IMG/VR virus record: IMGVR_UViG_2898571807_000002
Location: 36,977 to 100,976 of that record
DNA length: 64,000 bases
Source: a virus
Taxonomy: Duplodnaviria; Caudoviricetes
Direction: 5' to 3' (one strand)
Part shown: positions 28,514 to 37,966 of the stretch, one piece after another
Position numbering within the stretch: position 1 is the first letter of the stretch
Layout: each line of letters begins with the position of its first letter
Position numbers and translations under genes: made by a program
Notes under the pieces: generated by a model
Told to the model about the DNA's origin: nothing
Databases searched by the model: none
Seen by the model: only the letters and a program-made list of their open reading frames with translations

Positions 28514-28842
28514 TGCAGCCCCACAGCCTTGGTTGCAGCCGCATGGGCTCGCTTCGCGGCCCGTTCGATTTCCTCGGCGTCGATCTCCGGCACGAACCGG
28601 ACGACCACCTCACCGACCGAGGTGGGTTCGTTGTCCACGTCGGCTTGGATGACGACGTCGTCCGGGAGCGGTGCCGCGGTTTGGATCATGTCGCGGACTT
28701 GGTCCTCGTCGAACCCTGCTTCGCGGAGTTCGTCGCGGTACGCGGCGAGACGCTTCGCTGTGGTGCGTGCATCGTCCACCGTAAAGATCTTGTTCAGAGC
28801 GTCGGAGGGGCGGAACGAGCCAGTGTCGGTGGGTTCGCTCAT
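28510..28842 (-). CDS. Hypothetical protein
   Basis: YRDELREAGFDEDQ motif resembles the neighbouring small gene. Confidence 0.6.
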   Translation of the reverse strand: MSEPTDTGSFRPSDALNKIFTVDDARTTAKRLAAYRDELREAGFDEDQVRDMIQTAAPLPDDVVIQADVDNEPTSVGEVVVRFVPEIDAEEIERAAKRAHAAATKAVGLQ

Positions 28843-29154
28843 GGCGGAGCCTTCCGGGTTGGAGTGGGTTGGGCCCGGTCTGCGTCCAGCACCACCCACT
28901 CCAAGAGCGGCAGAACACAGACCGGGAGTCTTCAGGGGCTTACGGCCGTCCGGTCGCCGCACCAGTGACACCAGCGGATCTCGCGGTTAGGCCCGGTCGT
29001 TGTGCGCCAGTGGCCGCCGAATGCGTGCAGGACTCGCATCGCGAGGCTGTAGCTGCGCGAGTAGACCCACACGTAGGGGTCGTGGGGGAAGCCGCGCTCA
29101 ACCTTGAAGCTGCGCTTTGCTCTGAACGTGCGCGGCATGTACGCGTCACCTCTC

Positions 29155-29856
29155 TCAATACGCAGTGCCGACGCGGTGGTGGCCGATGTGCTCCACAAGC
29201 GGAGGGTCCGTACGGCGGCCCCAGTACGCCCCACGGGCCCCTGCATCGGCGAAGAGAAGCTTCCCGAACCGGCTCTCGGACCAGTCGCCCTCTGGCCAGT
29301 CACGCTCGAACGTCCGACGCGGGATCAGGCACGGGTTCCCGGTGAAGCAGGCGCGGTGCTCGATCCAGGTGTGCTCGCCGTCCGTGGCCTCGGTGAAGGT
29401 CTGGCCCTGCGCTTCGAGGGCCTCGATCATCCCGCCGTGTGAATGCTCGTTGCCAAACCACGGCTGGCGCTTCAACGCGATCTGCGTCAGGTACGGGTGG
29501 CTGTCGAGGACACCGACGAGGGCGTCCAGGTTCACGTCCGCGTTGAACGTGAAGTCGTCCTCCAGCAAGAAGAACGAAGTGGTGTCGTAGGGGCCGGCCC
29601 AATGACGGGCCAGCGCCCACACCTGGCGCATCGCCTGCCAGTAGCCGTTGGGTTCTGGGAGGTGAAGGACCTTGCCGTCCCAGGGGCCGCCGATGAACTC
29701 ATCTGCGAGCCACTGCCCGTAGGTCGGGTCGCCGGAGTCGTCCACGATGACCATGCCCGCGACGCCCGACAGGTGGCGCTGCGCGGACGGGATCGTCTTG
29801 GAGATGCACTCCGGGCGGCCGTTCGTGAGGCAGATGATCGGGACCACGACGATCAC
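29155..29856 (-). CDS. GT-A (GT2-like) glycosyltransferase
   Basis: TNGRPECI...IVDDSGD...FLLEDDF...VEHIG. Confidence 0.85.
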   Translation of the reverse strand: MIVVVPIICLTNGRPECISKTIPSAQRHLSGVAGMVIVDDSGDPTYGQWLADEFIGGPWDGKVLHLPEPNGYWQAMRQVWALARHWAGPYDTTSFFLLEDDFTFNADVNLDALVGVLDSHPYLTQIALKRQPWFGNEHSHGGMIEALEAQGQTFTEATDGEHTWIEHRACFTGNPCLIPRRTFERDWPEGDWSESRFGKLLFADAGARGAYWGRRTDPPLVEHIGHHRVGTAY

Positions 29857-29871
29857 CTGCCCTCCAGCGGG

Positions 29872-30636
29872 TCAGTCGTTCTGCTGCGGCCCTTCGGGGA
29901 GGCGGCACTCGAAGGTGAGCGGGGTCAGGTCGTCGTCGGTCGGGTGCCATCCGGCCCATCGGCGTAGCCTGCCGCCGCTGGTGACGATGCGCCCGCAGGA
30001 GTCGCGGGACCAGGTGATCTCGTCGACGACCACCAGGTCGGCTGTCGCGGTGCGGGCGTTTTTCACTTCGTTGCGGGTGACAATGACCTTGTCGACCCGG
30101 CTCCGTGAACCCTTGACCTCGACCGTGCGGCTGCCGTGCTGCTTTTCAACGAGCAGATCGAAGGGTTTGCCGAGCACGGTGACGGACCAGCCTCGTTCGC
30201 GGTACCAGGCGGCAGCCACCTCGACCCCGCGCCGCTCGACAGCTTGACGGAGGACTGGGTCCGGCTCGCGGGTCAGCCCCTGTCGCACTGCCTCACCAAG
30301 AGCTTCACGTCTCGGGGCGGTCGTGCCCAGGCGAGACTCGATGCGGGGATCAAACTGAGGCTGATCGGAGATCTGAAGTACCGACTTGACGCCAACTCCG
30401 AACCTGCCGAGCCGGTTCAGGTCAGTCAAGGGCACGAAGTGGTTGGTCGTGAACTGCTGCTCAGTTGTTCGATCTTCGGTTGCCCGGAGTAGCTCACTAA
30501 TGATCATGCCAGCTTCGACCGTCTTGCTTAGGCCGACAGCGTGAGCTAGGACGATACCTCGGTGCAACTCTGACCACTGGAGCGGCGTCGGAGGCCGAAG
30601 ACGGGAGGCGGGATTCTGCTTGGACACGGGCCACAC
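29872..30636 (-). CDS. DUF3883/NOV_C-like PD-(D/E)XK nuclease-domain protein
   Basis: AVERRGVEVAAAWYRERGWSV...PFDL...VEVKGS...VTRNE. Confidence 0.75.
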   Translation of the reverse strand: MWPVSKQNPASRLRPPTPLQWSELHRGIVLAHAVGLSKTVEAGMIISELLRATEDRTTEQQFTTNHFVPLTDLNRLGRFGVGVKSVLQISDQPQFDPRIESRLGTTAPRREALGEAVRQGLTREPDPVLRQAVERRGVEVAAAWYRERGWSVTVLGKPFDLLVEKQHGSRTVEVKGSRSRVDKVIVTRNEVKNARTATADLVVVDEITWSRDSCGRIVTSGGRLRRWAGWHPTDDDLTPLTFECRLPEGPQQND

Positions 30637-30693
30637 CGTACGGTAAACGTCCGACAGCGAGCGGTAGTTCTACGGGCAAGGGTCCTCGACCAG

Positions 30694-31059
30694 CTACAAC
30701 GGATTTGAACCGTCGGGTCCCACGCACCGGACGGTACCGGCGTCTGAGACCTCGTAGACGTGAATATTGAGCCGTTCTCGCACTGCAGCCGGGACTCTGA
30801 GCGCAGCCGTCACGCCCTTGGTCGGCACCACGACTGCGAAGCAGGCACTTAGATCGGTCATGCGGCGCAAGATTTGGCCGTAGGCGATGTCGAGGTCCGT
30901 GCCGAAGTCACCGGCGTCGCCTTTGACTTCCACGTACAGCGCCTGACCGCTTCTCGCCGCGACGATGTCACAGTCCCCGCTGTCCTCGGCTAGGTCCCAA
31001 CCGTGCCCTTTGAGGTAATTGCAGAAGGCAGCCACCACTCGGGGTTCATCGCCAGCCAT
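30694..31059 (-). CDS. Small PD-(D/E)XK restriction-endonuclease-like protein
   Basis: DIVAARSGQALYVEVKG...AYGQILRRM. Confidence 0.7.
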   Translation of the reverse strand: MAGDEPRVVAAFCNYLKGHGWDLAEDSGDCDIVAARSGQALYVEVKGDAGDFGTDLDIAYGQILRRMTDLSACFAVVVPTKGVTAALRVPAAVRERLNIHVYEVSDAGTVRCVGPDGSNPL

Positions 31060-31107
31060 CGGAGTCCCTGCTGATCACACGCCCATTGTCCCAGAAAGGC
31101 GCAGTGA

Positions 31108-32007
31108 TCACATGTTGACGGACCGGGCGGCGAGCGCCCTCTTCACGCCCTCTGCCAGCGTCACGCGCGGCGTGTACAGCTCGTTGAGCCGGGTGGGGTC
31201 GCCGACCCGGTACGCCACCCCAGCAGGCTTCTCAGGGTGCAACTCGAAGCGCGGCGCGTAGCCCGCCTCCGCCGCGAACATGGCTGCAAGGTCCGCCATC
31301 GACGTGCCCACGCCCGTCGCGATGTTCAAGGGGCCGTCCACAGCGTTATCCACAGCCGCGAGAACAGCACCCACGACATCGTCCACGTGCACCCAATCGC
31401 GGACCTGGGAGCCGTCGCCCCAGATGACGAACGGGTCCTCGTGGCGGCGTGCGCGGTCCCTGAACGCACCGAACGGGAAGTCGCTCGACTGGTCCTCGCC
31501 ATAACCGGAGAACGGCCTGACGATCGTCACAGCACCGCCCTGAGCCCGGTATGCCTCCGCCAGACGCTCCCCCATGAGCTTCACGGCGCCGTAGATCGCA
31601 TCCGGGTTGTCCGGGCCAAGCAGGTCTATGTCCGTCTCCGTGAGACGGTAGGCACGGTCGCCCTCTTGGAAGGCGATCGGATACGCGGCGCTCGAACTCA
31701 GATATACGACTCGGCCGGGCTTGGTGCGGGCGGCCCACTCGAACATGGCACTATCCAACGCGAGGTTCCCTGCGCCGACCGCGAGCGCACGCCCGTCGAT
31801 CGCGGCGCGGTGCGGCGTGACGGCTGCGCAGTGGATCAGCAGATCCCAGTGCTGGTCGTCCTCGCGAAAGAACGAAAGCGCGTCTTGGCCCTTCGGTGAG
31901 CAGGGCACGTCGAGATACAGCCCGAAATCAACATCGGGACGTTCGTTCAGGGCGGCGACGAGATGGCGTCCGAGGAACCCGCGCGCTCCGGTTACGACAA
32001 CGTCCAC
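31108..32007 (-). CDS. NAD-dependent epimerase/dehydratase (extended SDR)
   Basis: TGARGFLG, SSSAAY, YGAVK, GDGSQVRDWVHVDD. Confidence 0.92.
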   Translation of the reverse strand: MDVVVTGARGFLGRHLVAALNERPDVDFGLYLDVPCSPKGQDALSFFREDDQHWDLLIHCAAVTPHRAAIDGRALAVGAGNLALDSAMFEWAARTKPGRVVYLSSSAAYPIAFQEGDRAYRLTETDIDLLGPDNPDAIYGAVKLMGERLAEAYRAQGGAVTIVRPFSGYGEDQSSDFPFGAFRDRARRHEDPFVIWGDGSQVRDWVHVDDVVGAVLAAVDNAVDGPLNIATGVGTSMADLAAMFAAEAGYAPRFELHPEKPAGVAYRVGDPTRLNELYTPRVTLAEGVKRALAARSVNM

Positions 32008-32017
32008 GGCGGCCTCC

Positions 32018-32698
32018 TCACACCCTGAGAGCGTCAGACGGGATGCGGAGCGTGCCGTCACCGTTGAAGCCCTGCCCCACGAACCGTCCCGGCATCCGGC
32101 GCGTCGGCCAGCCCCGAAGATCACCCCGAACGTCGTCGTCCATCCGCGGGGACTCCGGGGAGGCGTGGATCACCGCGCGGGACACCGCCACCGGATACAC
32201 CACATCCCGAAGCCACATCTGGTCCGCCTGGTAGTGCTCGACCGGGCCCGGCTCGTACGGGACGTGGTCGCGGACCCGGCGTGCGCCGTGGCGTGTGCAG
32301 CCCCACATGCCCGCGAGGATCGGCATCCCATGCTCAGGGTGGTCCCTCATGATGTGGAACTCGGCGCCCGTCCCGAGCCACTCCTCGACGGCGGCGCGTT
32401 CACGTTCGTCCGGGCGGGAGTCACAGTCCCGGAACATGATCACGTCGAGGTAGTCGTCGCGGAGGGCTCGGAGGCGCCAGAACGTCGACCACCAGTCCTC
32501 CACCTGCCCGCGCATCGCGACCAGGTCGGCGTTCCCGAACGCCGCGATCTCCTCGCACACTTCCGTGGGGATCGAGTCACCGACGTAGAAGCGGAGCATC
32601 CACCCCGGGTACAGAGTGGCGCAGATCTTTGCGTTCTCGACCGCGCCGCGCTGGTACAGCGGGTCCGTGCCGAACAGAGCGTAGGAGATCAGCCTCAC
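32018..32698 (-). CDS. Glycosyltransferase-like protein (DxD)
   Basis: ISYALFG...YPGW...RDCDSR...FHIMRDHPEH..ILAGMWG; lies within the sugar cluster. Confidence 0.65.
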   Translation of the reverse strand: MRLISYALFGTDPLYQRGAVENAKICATLYPGWMLRFYVGDSIPTEVCEEIAAFGNADLVAMRGQVEDWWSTFWRLRALRDDYLDVIMFRDCDSRPDERERAAVEEWLGTGAEFHIMRDHPEHGMPILAGMWGCTRHGARRVRDHVPYEPGPVEHYQADQMWLRDVVYPVAVSRAVIHASPESPRMDDDVRGDLRGWPTRRMPGRFVGQGFNGDGTLRIPSDALRV

Positions 32699-33381
32699 AG
32701 CAGCGCCCGGAGCTTCGCGACGTCCGCGTCGAACCCGGTCTCCAACCACCGTGCGTACGCCTGCCGGTCCCGCTCCGCGGCGTCCGGGTGGTTCACCTCG
32801 GCGTACCCATGATCGTCCTCGGCCTTTCCCGCGATCGGGTGCATGTGCTCCACGAGGACGTCCGGGAGGTAGCGGATCCGGTCGATCGCCCGGCCGAGAT
32901 CGAGCCAGCTATTGTCGGCCCACAAATGCAAAAGGCCAGGTGGGACCATGTATCCGAGAGTCTGGATGATGTTCGCGGTCATCGCGACGTGGGTTGGGAG
33001 CCGCTCCCCCATGTAGCCGTCATCGCCGTACACCATGCCTACACCGCCGAGCGATGCCAGCACCGCCAGGTAGGTCTCGTCGAACGCAGGGGTCCTCGGG
33101 CGGTGGTCGTCACCGAGGAACCCGATCGCGTAGTGATCGGCGGCTCGTTCGAGCGCGACCTTGTTGAGCGTCGGGCACATCCGAAGCCGCGGCCCGACCG
33201 TCAGCTCGATGCCCCGTTCGGCGCACACCTCGCGGTAGCCGTCCAGTGCTGGGTCATCGTCGTCCGCTGCGACGAGCAGTTCGGCGGCGCCGGTGGTCGT
33301 GGCGGACCAGGCGTCCCACAGGTCGGCGATGTTGTGGGGGCGGCCACGCGACGGAACGATCATGAGCAGGTCGGCGGGCAC
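32695..33381 (-). CDS. GT-A (GT2-like) glycosyltransferase
   Basis: IVPSRGRP...DDDDP...GFLGDDH...HLWADN...VEHMHP. Confidence 0.82.
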   Translation of the reverse strand: MPADLLMIVPSRGRPHNIADLWDAWSATTTGAAELLVAADDDDPALDGYREVCAERGIELTVGPRLRMCPTLNKVALERAADHYAIGFLGDDHRPRTPAFDETYLAVLASLGGVGMVYGDDGYMGERLPTHVAMTANIIQTLGYMVPPGLLHLWADNSWLDLGRAIDRIRYLPDVLVEHMHPIAGKAEDDHGYAEVNHPDAAERDRQAYARWLETGFDADVAKLRALL

Positions 33382-33390
33382 AGATGCTCC

Positions 33391-33672
33391 TCATGTGATG
33401 CGTAGGAGGCCGCTGCGGAGGACCGGGATCTCCGGCTCGGCGGTCACCCGGACCCACACCCGATAGGCGCCGTCCGCGAGTAGCAGCGTGCCGCCAGGGC
33501 CGATCAGAAGCTTCGCCGTCGAGCCGTCCCACACGTCCGCAGGCACCCAGTCGTCCTCTGCGGGCTCCTCAGCGCCTATGTCGACGACCGCGAGCTCCAC
33601 GGGCTGGTCTGCGGTCGCGCCGGACACGGGGACGTGGATGTACTCGCGGCTCGTCGACGGGATGATCAGCAC
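33391..33672 (-). CDS. Small Ig-like virion-associated protein
   Basis: LLIGPGG...GAYRVWVRVTAEPEIPV. Confidence 0.55.
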   Translation of the reverse strand: MLIIPSTSREYIHVPVSGATADQPVELAVVDIGAEEPAEDDWVPADVWDGSTAKLLIGPGGTLLLADGAYRVWVRVTAEPEIPVLRSGLLRIT

Positions 33673-33688
33673 GCGCCCTCCCGTGATC

Positions 33689-35347
33689 TCAGAGGGTGGG
33701 CGGGCCCGCGTTCCACGTCCTTGAGGCGGCACCGCCGCGCCACGTTCGCGTCAGCGAGCCGCACGACCATGAGCGGGCCAGAGACCCGACCGTGATGTCC
33801 GGGGGTTCGGCGACGTCGGCGTGCACCAGCAGGGCAGGGAACGTCACCGAAGCCGTCGCTAGGGCGGGCGAGGGTCGAGCGCCGACCGTGACCGTCGGGA
33901 CGGGGACCGTCGCTGTGAGAGCCAGTAGCGCGGTCTGTGCCGCGGTCTGGGCGAGCACAGCTGGCGTTGGGACCGTCACCGCGGCGGAGAGCAGCACGGG
34001 TGAAGCAGACGTTCCCAGCCTCGGTGTCGGCGCGAACGTCTGTGCCGCGGCGTGGAGCCTTGAGGGCTCCGCTGCGGCCTCTGTTGAGGGTGCGGGCGCC
34101 TGGACGGTCACCGCCGCGTCAAGGGTCGGCGGCGCCACCGTGGCCGTCGAACTCGCCTCAACGGTCGGGGCTACGATAGTCGCCGCCGCAGCCACGGTCG
34201 CTGGCGCCGTAGCCGCATCGGTGATCAGCTCCGGGACAGGAACCGCCGTGGTCGCGATGACCCGGCCCGGGGTGATCGTCGTACCGGACGATGTTTCGAG
34301 CGCAGGCCCCGCGAACAACGCCGCGGCCGGTGCGACCGCCGGCGCGGCGGTTGCCCCTGTCCTGATTGAGGACGCCGGGGCGGCGCTAGAGGCTTCCAAG
34401 CACGACGGTGATGCGGTCGCGGAGGCTGAAGGTTCAGCCGTCTGGAACGCCGCGGCGGCCTGGACACGGCTCAGTGCAACCGTTGCGCCGGTCCGCACCG
34501 TCGGCGCGAGAACCGAAGCCGATGCGGCGGCGCGGGCCGGGGTCGTGCTGCTGCCCGCCGACACCGACACCGAAGGTGTCGATGTGGCAGCGGCCGGGCG
34601 AGACGGTACGGTCGACGCCCCAGCGGACACTGCCGGTGCCGGGGTCGAAACCGCCCGCGTCAGCGCGCCCGGAGCCGCCGTCGCGGCGGTAGACGCGGCG
34701 AGCAGAGCCAACGACCACGTCGTCACACCCGCCGCGGAGACGGTCCCTGTCCAGTCCGGCGGCGTGACCGCCACACCCGATGCGTGGGTCGCGGCGAGCC
34801 CGTCGTCGGCGACGGCGCAGATCGTGCCGCCCGTCCCCGTCGCCAGGCCATCAGTGTCGGCGCGTTCGGTGTAGATCGTGCTGTAGCCCGTCGACCCGGA
34901 GGTGGCGCGTTCGGCGACCATCGACACGATCGAGCAGCCCGCGACCGCCGGCGTCACCGCCGGGCACGCATGCGCGGCCACCGGGGTGCTGCCCTCGTTG
35001 CGGCTCGTGAGCGCGTTCACCGGGTCGGTCTGGTCGCAGCCGCGGTAGATCACCAGGCAGCATGACTGGCGGTTCGCGGCGCTCATCACCATCGACAACG
35101 ACCCGGACTCCGAGCCGGTACACACCCGGGAGTAGATGCGGGTCCGCATGGAGCCCTGCGCCGAGTTCAGCGTCGCTTCGAGGGTGAAGCCGGGCGGGTC
35201 TGTGGTGATCGTCTGCGCTGTGCCGTTCGCCCACAGCAGCAGCGCCACATCCCCGGCTGCGGGCGCGGACCCGCCCGCGGGCCAGGTGACCGAGAGGGTG
35301 GCGATGTTCCCGCCGGCGGTGGCGGAGGAGACGTAGGAGATCGCCAC
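33689..35347 (-). CDS. Ala/Thr/Pro/Ser-rich putative virion surface (head fibre/spike) protein
   Basis: N-terminal domain resembles the tail proteins at 316-2278; about 300 aa of ~25-aa A/T/P-rich repeats. Confidence 0.7.
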   Translation of the reverse strand: MAISYVSSATAGGNIATLSVTWPAGGSAPAAGDVALLLWANGTAQTITTDPPGFTLEATLNSAQGSMRTRIYSRVCTGSESGSLSMVMSAANRQSCCLVIYRGCDQTDPVNALTSRNEGSTPVAAHACPAVTPAVAGCSIVSMVAERATSGSTGYSTIYTERADTDGLATGTGGTICAVADDGLAATHASGVAVTPPDWTGTVSAAGVTTWSLALLAASTAATAAPGALTRAVSTPAPAVSAGASTVPSRPAAATSTPSVSVSAGSSTTPARAAASASVLAPTVRTGATVALSRVQAAAAFQTAEPSASATASPSCLEASSAAPASSIRTGATAAPAVAPAAALFAGPALETSSGTTITPGRVIATTAVPVPELITDAATAPATVAAAATIVAPTVEASSTATVAPPTLDAAVTVQAPAPSTEAAAEPSRLHAAAQTFAPTPRLGTSASPVLLSAAVTVPTPAVLAQTAAQTALLALTATVPVPTVTVGARPSPALATASVTFPALLVHADVAEPPDITVGSLARSWSCGSLTRTWRGGAASRTWNAGPPTL

Positions 35348-35378
35348 GGCGGATCACCTCACGCCGCAAGCAAGACGA

Positions 35379-35837
35379 TCAAGGTACGAGGTCGACAGCG
35401 AAAACCCCAGCGGCATTCCACTGGATGAGGAATTGGCCTGCGGAGGTGCTGTAAGCCTGGCCGAAGTCGATCGCGCAGATCGCGTTGTTGCCCGCCAGGC
35501 CGTCGGCGTACAGCAGCACGCCCCGGGCGCCGGTGATCGTTGAGTTCGACCAGGACGTGTCCGCCTGGTCGTAGGTGATCACGCCGGACGCCCCGGTCAG
35601 TGTCGGTGAAGCGACCGCGGTGCCGCCTGCGGTGTAGCCGGTGCCGGACACCTCACCGGACGCCCACACCCCAGCGCCGTACGCGGCGTTCGCCGCGGAC
35701 GCATCGAAGTCGGGAGTGACGGCGTTGTCGAACAGCGCCCACTTGTTGCTCGTCGACGACAGGTCGACAGCGAGCTGGGTGGCGTCGAGGACGTCGATGA
35801 GTGTCGCGACGAACAGGCCGCTGCCGGACCAGGCCAT
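35379..35837 (-). CDS. Virion structural (fibre/decoration-type) protein
   Basis: EVSGTGYTAGG...DTSWSNSTITGARGVLLY...IDFG...FLIQWNAAGVF. Confidence 0.75.
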   Translation of the reverse strand: MAWSGSGLFVATLIDVLDATQLAVDLSSTSNKWALFDNAVTPDFDASAANAAYGAGVWASGEVSGTGYTAGGTAVASPTLTGASGVITYDQADTSWSNSTITGARGVLLYADGLAGNNAICAIDFGQAYSTSAGQFLIQWNAAGVFAVDLVP

Positions 35838-35843
35838 GATGAT

Positions 35844-36068
35844 CTACCGCTCCTCGTGAGTCGTGGTCTGCACGGTGACGCGAGGGGCGTTGATCGTGAC
35901 GTCCTGCCGGTCGCCAGACCGTTCGGTGACCGTGTTGCCGAGCTCGTCGGTCGTCGCCTTGAACCGCTGCCCGGCCTCGTCGCGGCCCGCGCGGACCTGG
36001 TCGCCGGAGCGGCGGGAGATCGACCCGATCGACCGCATCCGTTCCAGCCACTCAGGGTCAGCGGCCAC
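35844..36068 (-). CDS. Hypothetical protein
   Basis: GGAGG RBS; TTDELGNTVTE motif. Confidence 0.55.
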   Translation of the reverse strand: MAADPEWLERMRSIGSISRRSGDQVRAGRDEAGQRFKATTDELGNTVTERSGDRQDVTINAPRVTVQTTTHEER

Positions 36069-36289
36069 AACAACCTCCCGGGAAGCCTTGGTCTCGGGGC
36101 GGGTGCCTGCCCCGCGGTAAAGACCCCTCAAAACTGCGGGACAGGCACCCGGCGCGCGGCCGGTGGGGAACCGGGAACCGCGCAGGGGGCGCACCACGGG
36201 GCGGCGCGCAGCACACCAGACAGGCCCGTAACTATGTGACCAGCGGCAGGGCCAGGGTGTGCGCCTAGAAGATCGAGAAACGTCGGTGC

Positions 36290-36547
36290 TTAAGCCGCCG
36301 CGTAACTAACCGGGCCCCGGCGGGCCCTCTCGCGGAGCTTGTACTCCACCTCGATCACGTCACGGAAATCGAACAGTGGGCGCCCCTTCGGATCACGGAA
36401 TTCCGTGCCGTCGGTGTCCTTCGCGACTTTGAGGTGCCCGCGGTTTTTCCACTGCCGAATCGTGCCGGGCTTCACCCCGGCGATCTGAGCGGCGAGATCA
36501 GAGTTCACCAGTCCGGACGAGGGGATCTCGATGTCGTCTCTGCTCAC
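36290..36547 (-). CDS. MerR/excisionase-type HTH DNA-binding protein (late regulator candidate)
   Basis: AAQIAGVKPGTIRQWKNRGHL...GRPLF. Confidence 0.75.
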   Translation of the reverse strand: MSRDDIEIPSSGLVNSDLAAQIAGVKPGTIRQWKNRGHLKVAKDTDGTEFRDPKGRPLFDFRDVIEVEYKLRERARRGPVSYAAA

Positions 36548-36571
36548 GGATCGCCCCCAGACACGACGAAG

Positions 36572-36601
36572 GCCCCCAGCCGCAAGTTTCGGGCTGAGGG
36601 C
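36572..36601 (-). terminator. Stem-loop between the late-regulator genes
   Basis: GCCCTCAGCC...GGCTGGGGGC followed by CTTCGTCGTGT on the minus strand. Confidence 0.45.
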
Positions 36602-36685
36602 AGAAGGGTCCTAACCGGGGACAATACGCGTAACGGCGTTCCCGAGCAAATTAACGCTCCGGCCGGAACCTTCGGGCTGTCGTTG

Positions 36686-37519
36686 TCAGCGCGTCACCTG
36701 CTGATCGGCCTCCTCCTCGTACTCTTCGTACTCCTCCTTCGACATCACCCTGCGGCAGTCCTCGTTGTTGCAGTGGATGCGGTCATCGTCGTGGAGGAAC
36801 AGAGACCGGCGGCGGCACCGGGGGCACGGCAGCGGCTTGTGTCGGAGCGGTGGACGGGTGGACGTCGCCGCTTGGAGTTTCGAGTGCTCGATCAGGACTT
36901 CCCGGCCGAAGTCCTCGGCGAGGTCAGGGTGGGCGAGGACGGCATCGACGCGTTGCAGCATCCATGCGATGGCGGAGGTGAGGGCCGGAGCGTTCGCGCC
37001 ACGGTAAGGCGGATGTGGCCAGCCTTGCGTGTCCCGGTATGCGATCTCCCAGGAGGTGAGCCAGCGGAGCAGGTCATCAAGGTCGTCCTGCCCAGGTGAC
37101 GGGGTTCGCGCTGACTTCGTCGAAGAGACCCGGTCTGTGATGGCCTGGCCAGGTGCCTGGTATCCGTCGGTCATCGTGAGGCGCAGCGAGGCGAGTTCGT
37201 CGAGGTCCGCGAGAGAACGGCGGATGGACGCCACGCACGACGCGCACCACACCGGTTCTCCTGGCCGGGGGATCCAGCCGGGCGGCTCAGGCTCCTCGGG
37301 ACGTTCTGGGCGCGGCCCAGCAACGTCCTCCCCGTGCTCCGCGACGGCAGCCCGCCATTCAGCGAGCACCTCTGGGAGGGCGCTGCACTCGGCGTCCCAT
37401 TCCTGCCGGGCTTCCTCGTACGTGGCGAGAGCTCTGCGGTAGCCCGCATTGCAGCGCCCCGGGCAGATCGAGCCGCCGGCGGCTGGCGTGTCCAACTCGA
37501 TGTCCATCGCGTTCGTCAT
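36686..37519 (-). CDS. Zn-finger protein at the end of the early operon (probable late activator)
   Basis: CPGRCN, WCASC, CPRC...CNNEDC; position. Confidence 0.6.
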   Translation of the reverse strand: MTNAMDIELDTPAAGGSICPGRCNAGYRRALATYEEARQEWDAECSALPEVLAEWRAAVAEHGEDVAGPRPERPEEPEPPGWIPRPGEPVWCASCVASIRRSLADLDELASLRLTMTDGYQAPGQAITDRVSSTKSARTPSPGQDDLDDLLRWLTSWEIAYRDTQGWPHPPYRGANAPALTSAIAWMLQRVDAVLAHPDLAEDFGREVLIEHSKLQAATSTRPPLRHKPLPCPRCRRRSLFLHDDDRIHCNNEDCRRVMSKEEYEEYEEEADQQVTR

Positions 37520-37548
37520 GGTCCCCCCATGCTTGCTCGCGGGCTGGT

Positions 37549-37725
37549 TCAGCCCTTGACCTCAATGCGCTTGATGCTCGACCGCCACGTCGCAGTCGCT
37601 CGGACGACCGTGGTCCCCGGGATCTCGGCCCGCATCGCCTCCTGAACGAACGCGGCAAGTTCGTCCAGAGTCATGCCGTGTTTGGTGTCGGCGGCCTCGG
37701 CCTTCACGGTCTTTTCGGTGGCCAT
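37549..37725 (-). CDS. Hypothetical protein
   Basis: GGAG RBS; GMTLDELAAFV. Confidence 0.55.
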   Translation of the reverse strand: MATEKTVKAEAADTKHGMTLDELAAFVQEAMRAEIPGTTVVRATATWRSSIKRIEVKG

Positions 37726-37783
37726 CACAGGGTCTCCTCGCGGTCGAGTTCGTCGGCCCAGCACAGGTAGTCGCAGGCGCCGC

Positions 37784-37966
37784 TCAACGTCGGTCCATGC
37801 CGTCCACGAGCAGGATCACTCCCGCGATGACGAGGGCGGCGATGCAGACGGTGACCGCCATGGTGATGGTGGCGGCCAGCCAGCCCAAGTCACTCGCGCA
37901 GGCGGCGAAGAGTCCGCCGAACACCAGAGCCAAGATCGCCACCCCGGCGATCAGCCGGACGTTCAC
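37784..37966 (-). CDS. Small two-TM membrane protein
   Basis: Two hydrophobic segments. Confidence 0.6.
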   Translation of the reverse strand: MNVRLIAGVAILALVFGGLFAACASDLGWLAATITMAVTVCIAALVIAGVILLVDGMDRR

